A DNA stretch of 63,541 nucleotides, counting the filler, from Circinaria calcarea (taxonomy: Eukaryota): the NCBI GenBank assembly GCA_051942165.1. It is 38 parts of 38 records of this genome, joined end to end, with 100 filler letters (N's around TTAATTAATTAA, not from the genome) between each part and the next. Parts side by side here need not be neighbours in the genome. Positions count along the whole stretch, not along the records: positions 1 to 1,588 come from JAVECS010004486.1; positions 1,689 to 3,275 come from JAVECS010004487.1; positions 3,376 to 4,960 come from JAVECS010004488.1; positions 5,061 to 6,644 come from JAVECS010004489.1; positions 6,745 to 8,328 come from JAVECS010004490.1; positions 8,429 to 10,012 come from JAVECS010004491.1; positions 10,113 to 11,695 come from JAVECS010004492.1; positions 11,796 to 13,378 come from JAVECS010004493.1; 30 more parts are not named here. One strand, 5' to 3'. The translations under genes and the position numbers were made by a program. The notes under the pieces are model-generated. The model was given only the letters and a program-made list of their open reading frames with translations. It did not search any database and was not told the DNA's origin. The stretch's first letter is position 1. Every line of letters starts with the position of its first letter. Shown piece after piece: positions 1 through 12,956 of the stretch.

Positions 1-210
1 GTCGGTAAAGTCCTCGGAGAGAGATGGAAGGCACTCAACCCCAAGGCACGTGAGCCATATGAGGCCAAGGCCAAGGCCGACAAGGAGCGTTACGATTCCG
101 AAAAGGCTGCTTACGCCGTACGTTCCTTTTACCCATTCACTCTAATGACTCCTGGCTAATCTTTTTGGGCCCAACAGACCCAAGGTGAAGAAGAGGAAGA
201 GGAGGAGTAA
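1..210 (+). CDS. nhp6: HMG-box non-histone chromosomal protein 6, 3' part
   Basis: Frame 1 reads [39 protein letters not shown]; intron 118-177 (GTACGT..CTAAT..CAG); last exon [13 protein letters not shown]. Confidence 0.92.
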
Positions 211-1711
211 ACTCCCGCCCTCGCCACGACGGCAAAAGGGTCACCTTGTCTTGTCTCAACCCTATCCAAGATACTCTTGCCGTCGTCGACCAGTCTACAC
301 CTTGCACACTCTACTGGCCGCTTTGCTTTTCCTATCTTTTCCGGGGGTTTTGGTCGTCGGATAATAGCTTTTCTCATGTATTGCTTGCCATCAGGCCCCT
401 TTGGGGGTTCGGACAACTAGCTCGGGGTTTGGGTGATGATGATTTACGGAAAGTCACCCGCTACTACTACTCAACTCTGCTCGGATGTTCTATCACGCTA
501 TCGGTCACGGTCCTCTCTCTGCATCTGCTTACACTCTCGGGTGGCAGCCAGCAGGAACTGTTGACGAACTGGTCAGGGTGGAATGAGCAGGAATAATTTG
601 CGAGTAGGAATCAGGGGGCTTTTCCGCTTTAGAGATGCAACGATACCGATACAGCTTTTGTACACTAGCATTTCTCTAATCCTTAAAAATGAAAACCGGC
701 CCTGTCCGGTTTTCTTGCGCGATTGATTCCTAATATTGAAGGATGAGTATAACTTGCCCGTCACGAAATCCCCGTGTTTTGTGCAAAAAATGTTTAGACC
801 CCGTCCCACTTTTTACATAAGGCTGGGACCAGGCGCAGAAATTGTCATATAGTAGAAAAATTTGTGAGGGACCCAGAAACAGTTTCATGTAACAAATTAA
901 TACCCCCATCCCAAGAACCGGTTGATTTGGCCCCCCTCTTTATTCTTCCCAAATCTATGTTCCCTCCACCTGACCACTAACCGTATCTTCCCCCCCCCTT
1001 ACCCCCTCTCCTCTCTGTTCTTCCCCAAGACACCCCAAGGCGCCAAGGCGCCCAAGGTTATTGTATTTATTCCAGGCGGACGGTGGGGAACTGTAGAGTA
1101 TCTACATGGGGACCAGTCCTCAGTCCCAAGTCCTATTCCACTTTATGCTACTGGCTTTTGTCCTTATGGAAGATTTTATTTTTTTCGAAGAAAAAAAAGC
1201 CCTTCGGCCTTCGGAATGCAGGCCAAAAAAAATGGCTCGACTTCGACTCTGACCCCCCTTTTTTTCTTTAAAAAATCTCCTTCGGGTGCTTAATTCGGGG
1301 TTTCAACTAAGCTTTTTCGGAATCGCAAAGGAGGGAAAAGGGGGTACAGTTACCGCTTGTAAATTTCTAATGGGTACGGAGTATATGGGAATTGAGCTAT
1401 CAAGTAGACCGGGGAAGAATTGAGCCCCTAAATCCCCTTCCGAACAAAATTAAAACTAAAAATTTTTCATCTAAATAAGCCCCGTGTGCCAAAAATATAC
1501 CACCCGTTTTGGGGGGAAAATTCCTCAACTTCCCTCCGGGATTTGACTTGGTTCAACTAGGTAAGAATTAAGAAGAGGGAGGGGGGAGNNNNNNNNNNNN
1601 NNNNNNNNNNNNNNNNNNNNNNNNNNNNNNNNTTAATTAATTAANNNNNNNNNNNNNNNNNNNNNNNNNNNNNNNNNNNNNNNNNNNNGCTTACAAGAAC
1701 TCGGGATATAG

Positions 1712-1976
1712 GATCGGCGAAGACGAGATTGAAGCTCAAACTGACGCTTTGCGCAAGAAACTCACTGCTGAGGCAAATGGCACTAAACCTTCCGGGAGAG
1801 GGCTCAAATCACATCAGGTTCACGAGCTGGCAGCCGCCAAGATAGTAGAGAGCGAGAAACTTAGGAAGGCGCTAGGAATCCGGGAAGACTACGAGGAGGG
1901 GAGTCATTGGAAGAAGCAAGAGGAAAGATTACGAGATGCGACTTCTGAGAATGCAAAGGAAGAGGGCAGGAGGTAG
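1712..1976 (+). CDS. cwc21: Pre-mRNA splicing factor Cwc21, last exon
   Basis: After acceptor AG at 1711: IGEDEIEAQTDALRKKL..GLKSHQVHELAAAKIVESEKLRKALGIREDYEEGSHWKKQEE, the typical C-terminus of filamentous-fungal Cwc21. Confidence 0.85.
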
Positions 1977-4082
1977 AAGCGGTTTTCATACGCATATTGG
2001 GTGAGACAATGTCGAGATGTGAAAGTTAAATGAGGACTCATCGAAGCTCCTACATCTCGCCTCCTCCAACGACTTCACTCACGAGTACTGTTGTCCGTGA
2101 TTCTCAGTTTCATTCCCAAAGACGACAAGAGCCACCGTTCAACTCACATCGCTCACAACGTCGACCTGCTTAAAACGCCTTCACGTGTGCGCACACAGGA
2201 GGTCAGGTAACAGCCCAAGGAGATAATGCACAATTATTGCAGGAAAGATTGCAAGAACCCCCTAGTGGCACCCTCATCATCAAAATTACCGCAGTTAGCC
2301 TGATTGGGGCAAGATTACGCTGTCAACCTTGATTTCCGCCATGGAAGACACTCAGATATATCCTTTGCACAGACCTATGTGTCTAGCTTCAACCTGTACC
2401 GCGACTCCAAATGAGGGAATTGCGCTTTCGTTTCCCATAAAAGGCAGTGAATCCTTATGATGGATCCTGGCGTGTTTAAAAAGACCCTCGCAGATGGACA
2501 GAAATCACCATTCTCCAATCTAGGGTTTTGCAACAGGGAAAGATTGAGGTTCTTTTCCTTGGCATCAGGGAAATAGAAGTACAACTTTAGAGGAATCTAC
2601 CAGTAAACACCCCATCCACCTTCCCAATGCACAAAATAAACCACTCACGCACTGATCGATGCCATCTACACATAAGGCTCACCTTTAACACATTCATACA
2701 TAACGAAATACCATAAAGATCTTTCCTCAGGACCAAAGGTCCCACTTACTCCCCATCTCCATGCCACATCGCGCACTCCCTCGAATCGATCATAAAGCAC
2801 AAAGTACACCATACGCCCTCACTAACTCCTACGAAAATAAACCCTCGTGCCGCGAACAATTCTCTCTCCAAAGTTCTTCATAAAACCCCGATTCGGGTTT
2901 TGGGTCATTCCCACAGACACATCACATTGTACAAGATTTCTATCTCCGGCCCTGCTCATTTCTTCCCCCCCCCCTTTTCTTTTCTCTTTTTCTAAGAGAA
3001 CCATTCCCATTCCCATTATCAGTCTCCCTTTCGTCCAGGCAACCCTGAATTCAAAGCCCTAAGTAACCTCTCCCATCCCATCCCAGACCCTACGCTAGGC
3101 ATCAGTTACCAGTCACCTGTCTTACTAAATACCAAACACAAAACACAAAACTCCCTGTCTTTTCCAGGAGATTAGAATCGTGGAAGGGGGAAGGGGGATA
3201 TTAGGTTTACTTTTCGGGTGGGAGGTGTGAGATGGGATGGGATGGAGTGGGATGGGATGGAGGGGGATGGGCTGGNNNNNNNNNNNNNNNNNNNNNNNNN
3301 NNNNNNNNNNNNNNNNNNNTTAATTAATTAANNNNNNNNNNNNNNNNNNNNNNNNNNNNNNNNNNNNNNNNNNNNGGAGGCCCTATTGAACCATGTCAAT
3401 CCAATCTTCCAGTTGGCCAGAACTGTACTTGAAGAATTGGGTTTCATTGCAGCTCTCACGGCTGTAACAGTGTGGTGGCGCTGCTGCTGCATGTTCCGTG
3501 TGTTGCCGCTCTATGTGGCATGTCCTGGAGTTTCGTGCTTACTTCCAAGCGCTTGCATAATCTTCCACAGCAGCTCCCGCTCCTACACCGGCTCCTGTCG
3601 CTCCTTTCGCGATAGACGTTTACCGATTATAGAAAAAAAGTCTAGGCTCAGAGCAATACCCTGGTCTCGATCGTCATTTACTGCTGCATGCGGAGTATGA
3701 AGTAGCACCAACGACCAAAGGTATGCAGCAGGACATGTCCCCGAGAGGCATCGATTTCAAAGAGGGTCGAGTACCGCATTTGGGAGAGCGTTTTCGGCAA
3801 GGTCGTGCTCCGAGAAGCCAAAGCGGTACTAGGGTTCGCCGATATGGAAACTTCAGTCAGGCTACTTTGGACGGGGGCCAGTCTGGACCTCGAATAGCTT
3901 CTAATGCCAGAGCTTACACCTCTCTGAATGCCATCAAGTCTGTCCAGTGAGCTACTATATCGCATATTGATACTGGGTGTAAGCCTCGCAGCCTTATAGG
4001 TCGTTGACCTTTTTGGAGCAATCATACTTCCACTACTATCAATCGACATTTTTGGCGAGTTCATCCATTTCTCTGACATACT

Positions 4083-4960
4083 ATGGGACCTAAATGTAAC
4101 GGGTTTCCGCCGAACTGCGGACAGAGACTATTGCCAACACTCATCGACGAATATGCAGCCTCCCAGCCCGAACGGACATTCGTTGCGATTCCACGGTCAG
4201 CGGATCTCAAAGAGGGATGGAAGGATATTAGTTATCTCATCTATGCAAGGGCGATAAACTGGTGCTCGTGGTGGATTGAGGAGAATCTCGGAGGAGGCCA
4301 GAACTTCGAGACCATCTCGTATATGGGCCCATTAGATCTCCGTTATCTTATTATACTCATGGCTGCCGTGAAGACAGGCTACACAGTGAGAGTTAACCTC
4401 CATTTTTGCTGCTTATTTTCTACTGAATAGAAACTTCAATATAGGTCTTTTTCAGCTCAAATCGCAATAGTCTGAACGCGCATCTATCTCTTCTTCAGTC
4501 AACTTGTTGCAATACTCTTGTGGTTGCCGAAGGAGCGCCTGTTATTTATAAACAGATTGTGGCAAAGAGACCCATGCGTGTCAAGTCGATGCCTGCTTTG
4601 GATACGTTTCTTAACCTCGATGAGGAAGTTGCTCTCTATCCATTCGAGAAAATATTCTCTAAAGCACGTTTCGATCCTCTTATAATTATGCACACTTCTG
4701 GATCAACGGGATTTCCAAAGCCTGTCTTTGTCAAGCATGGAACCTGGGCTGCGATGGATGCCTATCAAATGATACCACCCATTGACGACGGGCCGTTGCA
4801 TTCAGAGTACTTAAAAGGGAAGCGCGTTCTATTAAACTTACCCATGTTCCATGGAGCATGCGAGTGCTTCGTCTACGGCATGGGCGTTTATGGCGGAGCG
4901 ATTCCCCTACTCCCACCACCTGGTCCCCGAACCGCGGAAATCATGGATATGGCACACAGG
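4083..4960 (+). CDS. NRPS-like enzyme (adenylation domain, probably A-T-R reductase type), 5' part
   Basis: N-terminus GQRLLPTLIDEYA..WKDISY..ARAIN..YMGPLDLRY..AAVKTGY; intron 4386-4444; AMP-binding motif MHTSGSTGFPKP and PMFH motif; runs off the contig. Confidence 0.9.
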
Positions 4961-5060
4961 NNNNNNNNNNNNNNNNNNNNNNNNNNNNNNNNNNNNNNNN
5001 NNNNTTAATTAATTAANNNNNNNNNNNNNNNNNNNNNNNNNNNNNNNNNNNNNNNNNNNN

Positions 5061-5113
5061 GGGGAAACGCGGTGAGGTTGTTGGGTTTGGAGGTGAAGGG
5101 TACTGATAATTAG
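5061..5113 (+). CDS. Possible extreme C-terminus of an amidohydrolase-2 family protein
   Basis: Contig edge reads GNAVRLLGLEVKGTDN-TAG. GNAxRLLGL is a common amidohydrolase-2/decarboxylase end motif, but only 16 aa are visible. Confidence 0.35.
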
Positions 5114-6096
5114 CAGATGTGGATATCAAGTGATCTGAATCTAAATATGCAGCTATCGTCCTTGAACTGGAGTCTGCTTTACCGGGCGTATCTATACTGG
5201 GCGAGGCATTGGCGAGCCTGAAATGGTAGACTTAGGTGGTAGGCTTTGGTTGCAGCTGTTGGTGGTGATTTTCTGCAGGTAGCGTTGGCCAAGCCTTTAG
5301 TCCTTTGGCACAGCTAATCTCTTACCTTCAAGTTCCCCACGGAGATTGGAATAACACCTTATTAAATAAAAAAAAACCAAAAGGCAAAACTCAACGGAGA
5401 CATCCAACGGGAGATAACCGGTCTGTACTCAGACTTGTCGACACTCTTCGAATCCTTTAGTAGCAGTACACTTCTGTTTTACACCGTCGGTCTTCTTCTG
5501 TTAAATCGTCGTACTTGACACCGTAAGGTTTTTTTCCCGATTGTAACCCTCTGAAGGTAAGGCCCGTAAGAGACTGGGCAGCGTGTTTCGGTCCTATCTG
5601 AGTTGGTCCACCTAGCCCGTTACCACCATACCAACTTCGCTCCACGATTGTGGAAGAAGAAATGGATAACCGTGCAGTATACCGTAACAGATGCGAAGCT
5701 GCGAGTATCTTGTGGGTCAGGGAGAAAGGAGCGGGAAGGAAATTGCTCGGGGTCAGGACAGTAGGAGGTGTGTATGAGGACCGAGCATGTAAAGAGGATC
5801 ATGCAGATCGATGGGAGCTAAACCTAAAATGGTTGGGAGGTCCTGCTGTAGACTCTTCTTATGAATTCCTTACCTTAACACCTCCAAGGGCTTCGTGATG
5901 GTGCATCGAGGTCAAGGCGTTAGTCCGCAATAGGGAGAAGCTCTCAAAACCATACATAGATTAGAAGCTAGGATGTTGCATTTTATTGGGGAATAGATAA
6001 ACTTAGTATTACGAGCTCTCAGCCGGCGGCCTGCTTGGCGGCTGCGAGGGCATATAGAGGCAGGTGCGCTGCTGGAAGGAGTCACCATCTATCAAA

Positions 6097-6407
6097 GCTG
6101 GTTTTACTAGGCGGTCTCAATAACGTCCGACTCTCTTTCATCCGCGATCATGGGGATGATATCACGAAAGCGTCTTCTGCCAGATATATCAGAGACGCCC
6201 AGCTGCATGGCAGTCTCTTCAATCCGAAAGTCACTGACAGGAGTATCTCGAACCTTGATACAGGCTTCTTCGTCGACCACGCAGAACCACTTGAGGTCCT
6301 CAAACTGCCTGCGAAAGGATAACGAATGGCCACTTGACGTGTTGATCGAAGGCCCCGACTTTCTCCTTGTTTTTGCAGCCAAAACGCCATTCTCGTCCTA
6401 TATTTAG
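6097..6407 (+). pseudogene. Frameshifted fragment of a conserved fungal hypothetical protein
   Basis: LSFIRDHGDDITKASSARYIRDAQLHGSLF..LDTGFFVDHAEPLEVLK continues after one extra base at ~6305 as CLRKDNEWPLDVLIEGPDFLLVF. Joined, this resembles a recurring fungal C-terminal motif (DTGFFVDHxEP..WPLGxLxxGHEFLL, recalled from memory). No intact 5' part seen. Confidence 0.55.
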
Positions 6408-6744
6408 GTTCTCTGTGAGCCGGTCTCGCCATGAAGTGGATGCATTAATGCGCCTTCACTGTCGACCTTCTTTGCCTACCGCGACAAGAACATCTCTACC
6501 CGAAGATTAGCTCGGCTTCACATGTTGGCCTAAAGCAACTAAGTGCGTTTGCCTCGCCGGACAATCAACATCGCCGAAAAGTTAGAAGGCTAATAACAAG
6601 GCCTTAGGAATTGTGGGGGAAGAGGGACGAGAAGAAGGTAATAANNNNNNNNNNNNNNNNNNNNNNNNNNNNNNNNNNNNNNNNNNNNTTAATTAATTAA
6701 NNNNNNNNNNNNNNNNNNNNNNNNNNNNNNNNNNNNNNNNNNNN

Positions 6745-7540
6745 ATGCCACAGAGTCGGCCCACGCAGGTTCTGGCACATAATGGCGGGTAGAATAAGCA
6801 GCTCGGATTCGAGCAGGGAGAGGATGCTGTGGGGGGAGAGGAAGAGGCCGTAGGATATGTCGGTGGATATGAACGCTACGTGGGAGGGAAGAAGGGTAAA
6901 TGAGTGACAAAGGTAGAGGATAGAGGGAAGAAGAGGAGTGAAAGGGGGACATACGGAGATCTCTGTGCGCGTCAAAACGGGACATGATTTTTAGGTGGTC
7001 GCGATGGTAGAGAAAATCAAGTGTCTCTAGCCCACGAGCGTGGTTCGCGGCGTCGGGCTGCCAGCCTTCCCTGATGGATTAAGGACATCTTCATCAGCCA
7101 CCTTCTCCAATCACCTATCGAAAATGCGACAAGTCAGATAAGCCGAAGGTTTCCAAACCTCGAAAAGCCAAAATCTTTATCTTCCTCCCTCTCCAGCTTC
7201 GCCACGGCCCCCAAGGCTTCGATCACGGAGGGAATACCAGTTAGGATGATGCATTTGATCATGGCCTCGCGCATACGGCGGATGAGATGCTGGCGTTGGG
7301 AAGGGGTGGAGTACGCTGATTGGCCGATGAGGTAGGTGTACAGGTTGCCGACATAGGAGGGTTTGCCACTGCCAATGAGGGCGCCGATCTGTGGGGTACG
7401 TTTAGTAATGGGGCCCAAAGGTAAACTGCATAAGTGGTTTGGCCTACGGCGGTTAGATACCATTTGTCTTCTCTCCAGGTGGGGGGAAAGCGCTCTTGGA
7501 ATTGGTCTAACAACGTGACGATGTCTGTTTGATCATCCAT
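6745..7540 (-). CDS. AhpD-like / carboxymuconolactone decarboxylase-fold protein, 5' part
   Basis: Spliced ORF (introns 7389-7447, 7071-7158 and one near 6877-6954): MDDQ..KWYLTA/IGAL..LIRRMREAMIKCIILTGIPSVIEAL/..ARGLETLDFLY../ISYGLFLS..ESELLILPAIMCQNLRGPTLWH. Confidence 0.75.
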
Positions 7541-7960
7541 GGCGGTGACTTTAATGATGTTGAAAACGCTGATAGGCTAATTCCGATAAGGCAGGTAGTT
7601 TGAAGTCAGTTTTCAGGTTGAAGCCGCAGTCCTCTTCGGTTTCTTAAAGGCATGTAATATCTTAGCTTAGCGACATCGGACGCATCTGGGCGCCTAGTTC
7701 AAATATCATTATGTACCTTTGGTGTGGGTACGAAACTCAGCTAGGTACCAAATGCAGCGTATTTTGTAGAGGCAGAGGAAACATCAAGACACTGCTTACG
7801 GGAAATACACCTACAGACACAAAGGAGCAAACGATAATTCTATATGCACCCAAGGGTCACTGGATACTGTAGGAAGCCAAATGGATTAATCTGCATGCAC
7901 TGAGAGAGAGTTGCTTGGGCGAAATTTTCAAAGCAGGTGCAACGAATATATACTCGTATA

Positions 7961-8328
7961 TTATGAAGGTACACTCTGATTATTTTCATGATCTGGCCAT
8001 CGTATCTGATACCCAAAAACCGTACGTCGAAGTAGCTCGTCCTGTTCAATACTATATCAGTTCTTGCCCTTACTTTAGACGCCTTAGATCGAATTACTCA
8101 CTCCTCTATCTGCCTGGAACATGACCTTATCTAACAATATTTCCAGGATTTTCTCTACTATGAACCCTCTCTGCTGTGCTAGATCGAAGAATGCCAGGTC
8201 CTTATCTAATAACCATGGCCTATAAGGTGTGAAGAACACCAGCGCCCTCGATGCAGGGTCGTGCCGAAGGGTAAGGCTCACAGTAGATAGAAGCTTCCCG
8301 TGTTCTGAATGGTTGAAGACTAGATCCG
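7961..8328 (-). CDS. efm7: Protein N-terminal/lysine methyltransferase Efm7 (Nnt1), 3' part
   Basis: DLVFNHSEHGKLL..VFFTPYRPWLLDKDLAFF..KVMFQADRG; intron 8042-8101; last exon DELLRRTVFGYQIRW..TAA at 7961-7963. Confidence 0.88.
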
Positions 8329-8428
8329 NNNNNNNNNNNNNNNNNNNNNNNNNNNNNNNNNNNNNNNNNNNNTTAATTAATTAANNNNNNNNNNNNNNNN
8401 NNNNNNNNNNNNNNNNNNNNNNNNNNNN

Positions 8429-9057
8429 ACTGATATCAGCAGCCATCTGTGAACCTATTCTGTCTGCTGCCATTTCAGCTCTGAGTCTCCAACAGGACCT
8501 TCCTTTGACAGCCACCCTCCATTATCTCAGGGATTTTCTGAGCTATGGCACGGATCACCCGAACTCTTCATCGTTCAATGGCGCGAATCATGACCAGAAT
8601 GGGCGTAATCTTTCCACCACTCAGAAAATTGTACACAACCTCGTTACTGCTCAAGGTGAAGCCCTTGTACAGCGCATCTTGACGGGCATGATGTTCACCT
8701 TCCCTCGTGACTGCTTTCAAGACGCGTCTGGTGTTCTCCTTGAATTGTTCGAAGTCGAGCCTGAAAAAGCAGCCATCTGGGTTAAAAACACGATAGCGAT
8801 GTTACCCCCGGGTAGCGTCAAGTCAGGTGATGGCGATCGATTAATGGATGCCATCGATCTGAAGATACGGATGAGAGATATGCGGAAGGTCCGAGTTTTA
8901 CTACAAGGTTAGTCAACAACTTAGACGTGGCGACCTAGAAGGCGATCAAATGACTGACCGAAGAGCAGATTTTACCAATTCGTACCGCCGTCGTAATGTC
9001 GCCCCGAGAGAAGGTTTGGGTCGCCTCGAAGCCACGAGATTCCGGTTCAGTGGATGA
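8429..9057 (+). CDS. mtr10: Nuclear import receptor Mtr10 (transportin-SR), 3' part
   Basis: LTATLHYLRDFLSYG..GEALVQRILTGMMFTFPRDCFQDASGVLL; intron 8908-8968; ends LLQDFTNSYRRRNVAPREGLGRLEATRFRFSG-TGA. Confidence 0.9.
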
Positions 9058-9794
9058 AAGTCAGGAAAGGACATGTCCCAAGGTTTCAGATCTAATCAGA
9101 CGTGGATGGTAAACGTTCCGGATGTTAGGCGATATTGAGAAACATGTCCTCACTCCAGAGTTTTCCTAGTAACCTAGCCTTCAAGGGTAAGACCATGTCA
9201 AAGGGGACACTGAGCTAGTTCGAATCCGTCTATCTCTACATTTTGATCCTTTGACTCTTCCACACTAGGCATATGCAAGGCTTTGCATGAAGGAGGGCAC
9301 AGCTTCTGAGGAGAGACCTTTTTTAGCATTGTGAGCGGGCTGGTAATAACTCCTTCAGTGTATGTATGATAGTAGGGGGAAAAGATGGCTTGCAAGTCGC
9401 TGCCTGATCAAACGAGGAGATGAGACTGGCTCCTATGAGTACTATTGATATACTCAATCAATAGACACCACCACTTTTTTCTCCCGTCCCAAAGAACTCG
9501 TGTGTCTTTTTTTTTTGGCGGCTCTCCTGTCAAACCTCTTCCACATTCCCCCCTTCCTCCCCTTGTAAACGCAGTTTTCGGCTGGCTCGCTGGCTGGCTA
9601 TATTCTTTTCCCCCCCCTACCCCTAAGCAAAGTCATCACCGCTAAAATTCCTTTTTCCCTCGTGCCATTTCCCCCCCGTGGTTCGTTCTATTATCCTCTC
9701 CTCGCCTCACCTCGCCTGGTCTGTCCGCCGGCGCTTTCTTACCGACTCGAACCCACTCGAACCCACTCACTCATGTTTGTGTTTGTGTTTGTGT

Positions 9795-10012
9795 TGGAGT
9801 GAAGTGAAATGAAGTGAAGTGAACTAGAGTGAAGTGAAGTGAAATAGAGTGAAGTGGAGTGAAATAAAATAAAATGGAGTGAAGTGGAGTGAAATAAAAT
9901 GAAGTGGAGTGAAATAAAATGAAGTGGAGTGAAATAAAATGAAGTGGAGTGAAATAAAATGAAGTGGAGTGAAATAAAATGAAGTGGAGTGAAATAAAAT
10001 GAAGTGGAGTGA
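9795..10012 (+). repeat. Minisatellite, 20-bp unit GAAGTGGAGTGAAATAAAAT built from pentamer variants
   Basis: About 6.6 perfect copies at 9881-10012 running off the contig, preceded by irregular GAAGT/GAAAT/GGAGT pentamers. Confidence 0.95.
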
Positions 10013-11796
10013 NNNNNNNNNNNNNNNNNNNNNNNNNNNNNNNNNNNNNNNNNNNNTTAATTAATTAANNNNNNNNNNNNNNNNNNNNNNNNNNNNNNNN
10101 NNNNNNNNNNNNATTCTTATTCTAGAAGCAAACTTGGCCATCCTTTACCCCCGCCCTGAGCCCCATACGCACCAAGCTGCGTCTAACCCCTTCCAACTCA
10201 CATCACAATTCATATAATCCGCTGGAATTCCCTCGTATCCTTTTCTTTTCGTAGAAACCCCCCACCCCAACTCCCCAGTCACACACAACTTGGAAAACCC
10301 CACGCGCTCCTTCCATACCATACCATACCCGAGCCCGAGACCGAGACACAAAGTACACCATACGCCGCACGCACCTCCCCTCCACGCGAAAGAAAGCTTC
10401 CGGGTTCAAAAATCTTCCAAACACCTCCAGACGCGCCCCTTAACCTAACCCGAATAGGATAGAAAGAGAGGTTACGGATCCACGAATGAACAAATCTCGT
10501 GCGTTAGAGAAGGAAGAAAAAACGAAAAGATAAGGAAGCCGAAAGTTTAAGAAAGAAAGAAAGGAGGGGGAAAGAAGATCAGGCTCCACACGGAATTTCC
10601 CCATCCCTTCCATCCATTCCCAATCCCCCGTCCTTGCACAGGCAGAACGTGGCGAGCAGGAGACCGCCGGGAAAACCAAAAAAAAAGCAAAAAGCAAAGA
10701 AAAGGTTTCGGGAAAACCATGCAAGCACGCATACCCCGGGGATCGGTAAGGCCTCAAGACCCAAGACCCCAAGACTAAGATCTTTTCCCCTTTCCAACCA
10801 CCGCATCAACATCAAATGATTCAAATGTGCAATCCGCAAGTCGACGGACGGATTGTACGAACCCCCCCTTCCCCCCCCCCAAACAAATAGAAACCGCTCG
10901 GGGCCGAGGAAGTTAAGGGGGGAAAACCCCCGAGAAAAAAGAAAAACCAGGGGAAACATCAGAAAACAGGAAACTCAAAAAGGGAAACGAGGAGGCTAGG
11001 CTAGTCCAGTCCAATCTAGTAAAACTGGTTGAAAAAACACCCCTCTCCTCCGCCTCCCGACATACCTTAACCTAGGTAGATACCTTAGGTATGCTAGAAC
11101 TAACGATCCCACGGTACTCCGTAAAGAAAGGAATCTGCAGTCGTCAGTCGTACTCGCAGTCGCAATTGTACTCGTAGTTGTCAGTCGCAATGCCAGGTTT
11201 GTTAAATTGGGAAAAGGACATAAGAACTCAAAGCCCAGAAAAAGAGCCCGAGCCCGAGCCATAGCAAGAGCCGGGCTGGGGCTTGGGGGGGAGTGGGAAG
11301 AAAATAGGAGGGTTATTTTTTAAAATAAAAAGGGGGACCCTCCTCTCCCCTCCTTCTTCAAACCCAAACCCAAACCCAAAATGCTTTGCGGGAAAAAAAA
11401 GGGAAAAAGAGAAAATGAAAAAAAGGGGGCTAGACTGCAAAGAGACTTTCTCAAATCAGCGCAGATGAATAAGATGCAAATAAAAACCAGGGTCCAGAAC
11501 CGGAGCATAACATTCATTCACTCTTTCGAGATGGAAAAAGAAAGAAAGAAAAAAAAACCATCACGATTTTGTCATTCGGGACGTCTGGTCCATCCATTTG
11601 TAACAAACTCATGATCACTCCGTTTGCTCCCCCCCCCACCCCCCACAAAAACTTCCCTGCCTCTCCCTTTTGCCGTTGTCAATATTGCCTCCTAANNNNN
11701 NNNNNNNNNNNNNNNNNNNNNNNNNNNNNNNNNNNNNNNTTAATTAATTAANNNNNNNNNNNNNNNNNNNNNNNNNNNNNNNNNNNNNNNNNNNNT

Positions 11797-11946
11797 GCGT
11801 TCAGACGGCTGGTGCAGGAGAAGAGCGAGGCCATGATCACCAAAGCGCTGAGCGGAGCGGAGAATCTGAAGGTTAGCGCCGACTTTATCGAGAAATGCGA
11901 GCAGTATGGCGCACATGTGGAGACGCCGTCGATTAAAGCAGTGTGA
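11797..11946 (+). CDS. 3' end of an unidentified protein
   Basis: Open from the contig edge: AFRRLVQEKSEAMITKALSGAENLKVSADFIEKCEQYGAHVETPSIKAV-TGA; coding-like composition followed by UTR-like sequence. Confidence 0.5.
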   Translation, partial: AFRRLVQEKSEAMITKALSGAENLKVSADFIEKCEQYGAHVETPSIKAV

Positions 11947-12956
11947 TGGGAATACCTGCGTTGAAGAAGAATTCAATACCCAGAAGCGGTCTTGTAGAGA
12001 ATTCGTACGATGATAACTTATCATAGCCTTACCTAGGAATAACTATCTTACAGCGATGAACTCACATTAGTGATCAACGTCTTTCCTTTAGCCATGGCTA
12101 CATACTCTACTCCGATATCAAAGTGTAGTCGGGGTTTACCTAGTTAGGGTCTGTATCCATGAACATCACAATCCACTCGAACCTTTCTTTCAAACCCATG
12201 CTCACACCCCGGTGATCCCTGATATCCTCACGCACCCTACGAGAATCTCTTTCCCAGTATTTAAACTTATGTAAAATACCCATTCTATTGGCTAGAAAAG
12301 AGATATCCTATGTTTACGGCTTGTATACCACGGGTACAGGGCAGCATTGGCTTGTTTGTCTTTTGTGTTTTTTTTTTGGGGATGACCCAACTCCAACATA
12401 CGGTGGTGGTATCCTGGGGAGCCCCGCTGAGCCCGCATAGATGAGAGGAAAGACATGGGAGTGAAGGACACCATTCCGGTCTTCTTTAAGCGGTTTGGGG
12501 AGGGAGGAGGTGAAAGACACGGTGCAATAGGGGCAATAACTCGAGGAGGGCCATGGTAATTGCACTATTGAATTGCTTGGTATGAGGTACTCGTGTTGGA
12601 TACATTAATGACGTGCTGATTGCCAACCACCTTAGGTACTGTGATATGATACAAAAAGATGCTGCTAGAATGTGATATTATTTCTCCATTCTAACCTGAT
12701 AGCCAGAGACGACCAATTAGACTGTGCCCAGCTTGTTAGCATGAATTTGTTCCGCATCATAAAAAGCCGGATTCTTTTTATTCTATTCGTACAGTAACAA
12801 ATCACTCTTTGTCTGTATGAATACATACCTTGGACTTTCGACTCCGGGGAAACACGCTCTATATTGATTTCATAAATCATCGACAGGATATTATGCGTAT
12901 ATGATGCTTCCCACCTATACGTCAAGATGAAATTACGAGGCAAGTCGGTACATGCC

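Noticed and set aside
9210..9232. GTTCGAATCC B-box/T-loop motif
   Set aside because: Flanks do not pair and no cloverleaf or A-box can be built.
10113..11695. Many short overlapping ORFs in a purine-run-rich contig (similar in 21869-23100, 28570-30143, 35400-36700)
   Set aside because: Low-complexity K/F/P/G-biased translations of homopolymer and microsatellite tracts; most likely UTR or intergenic DNA.
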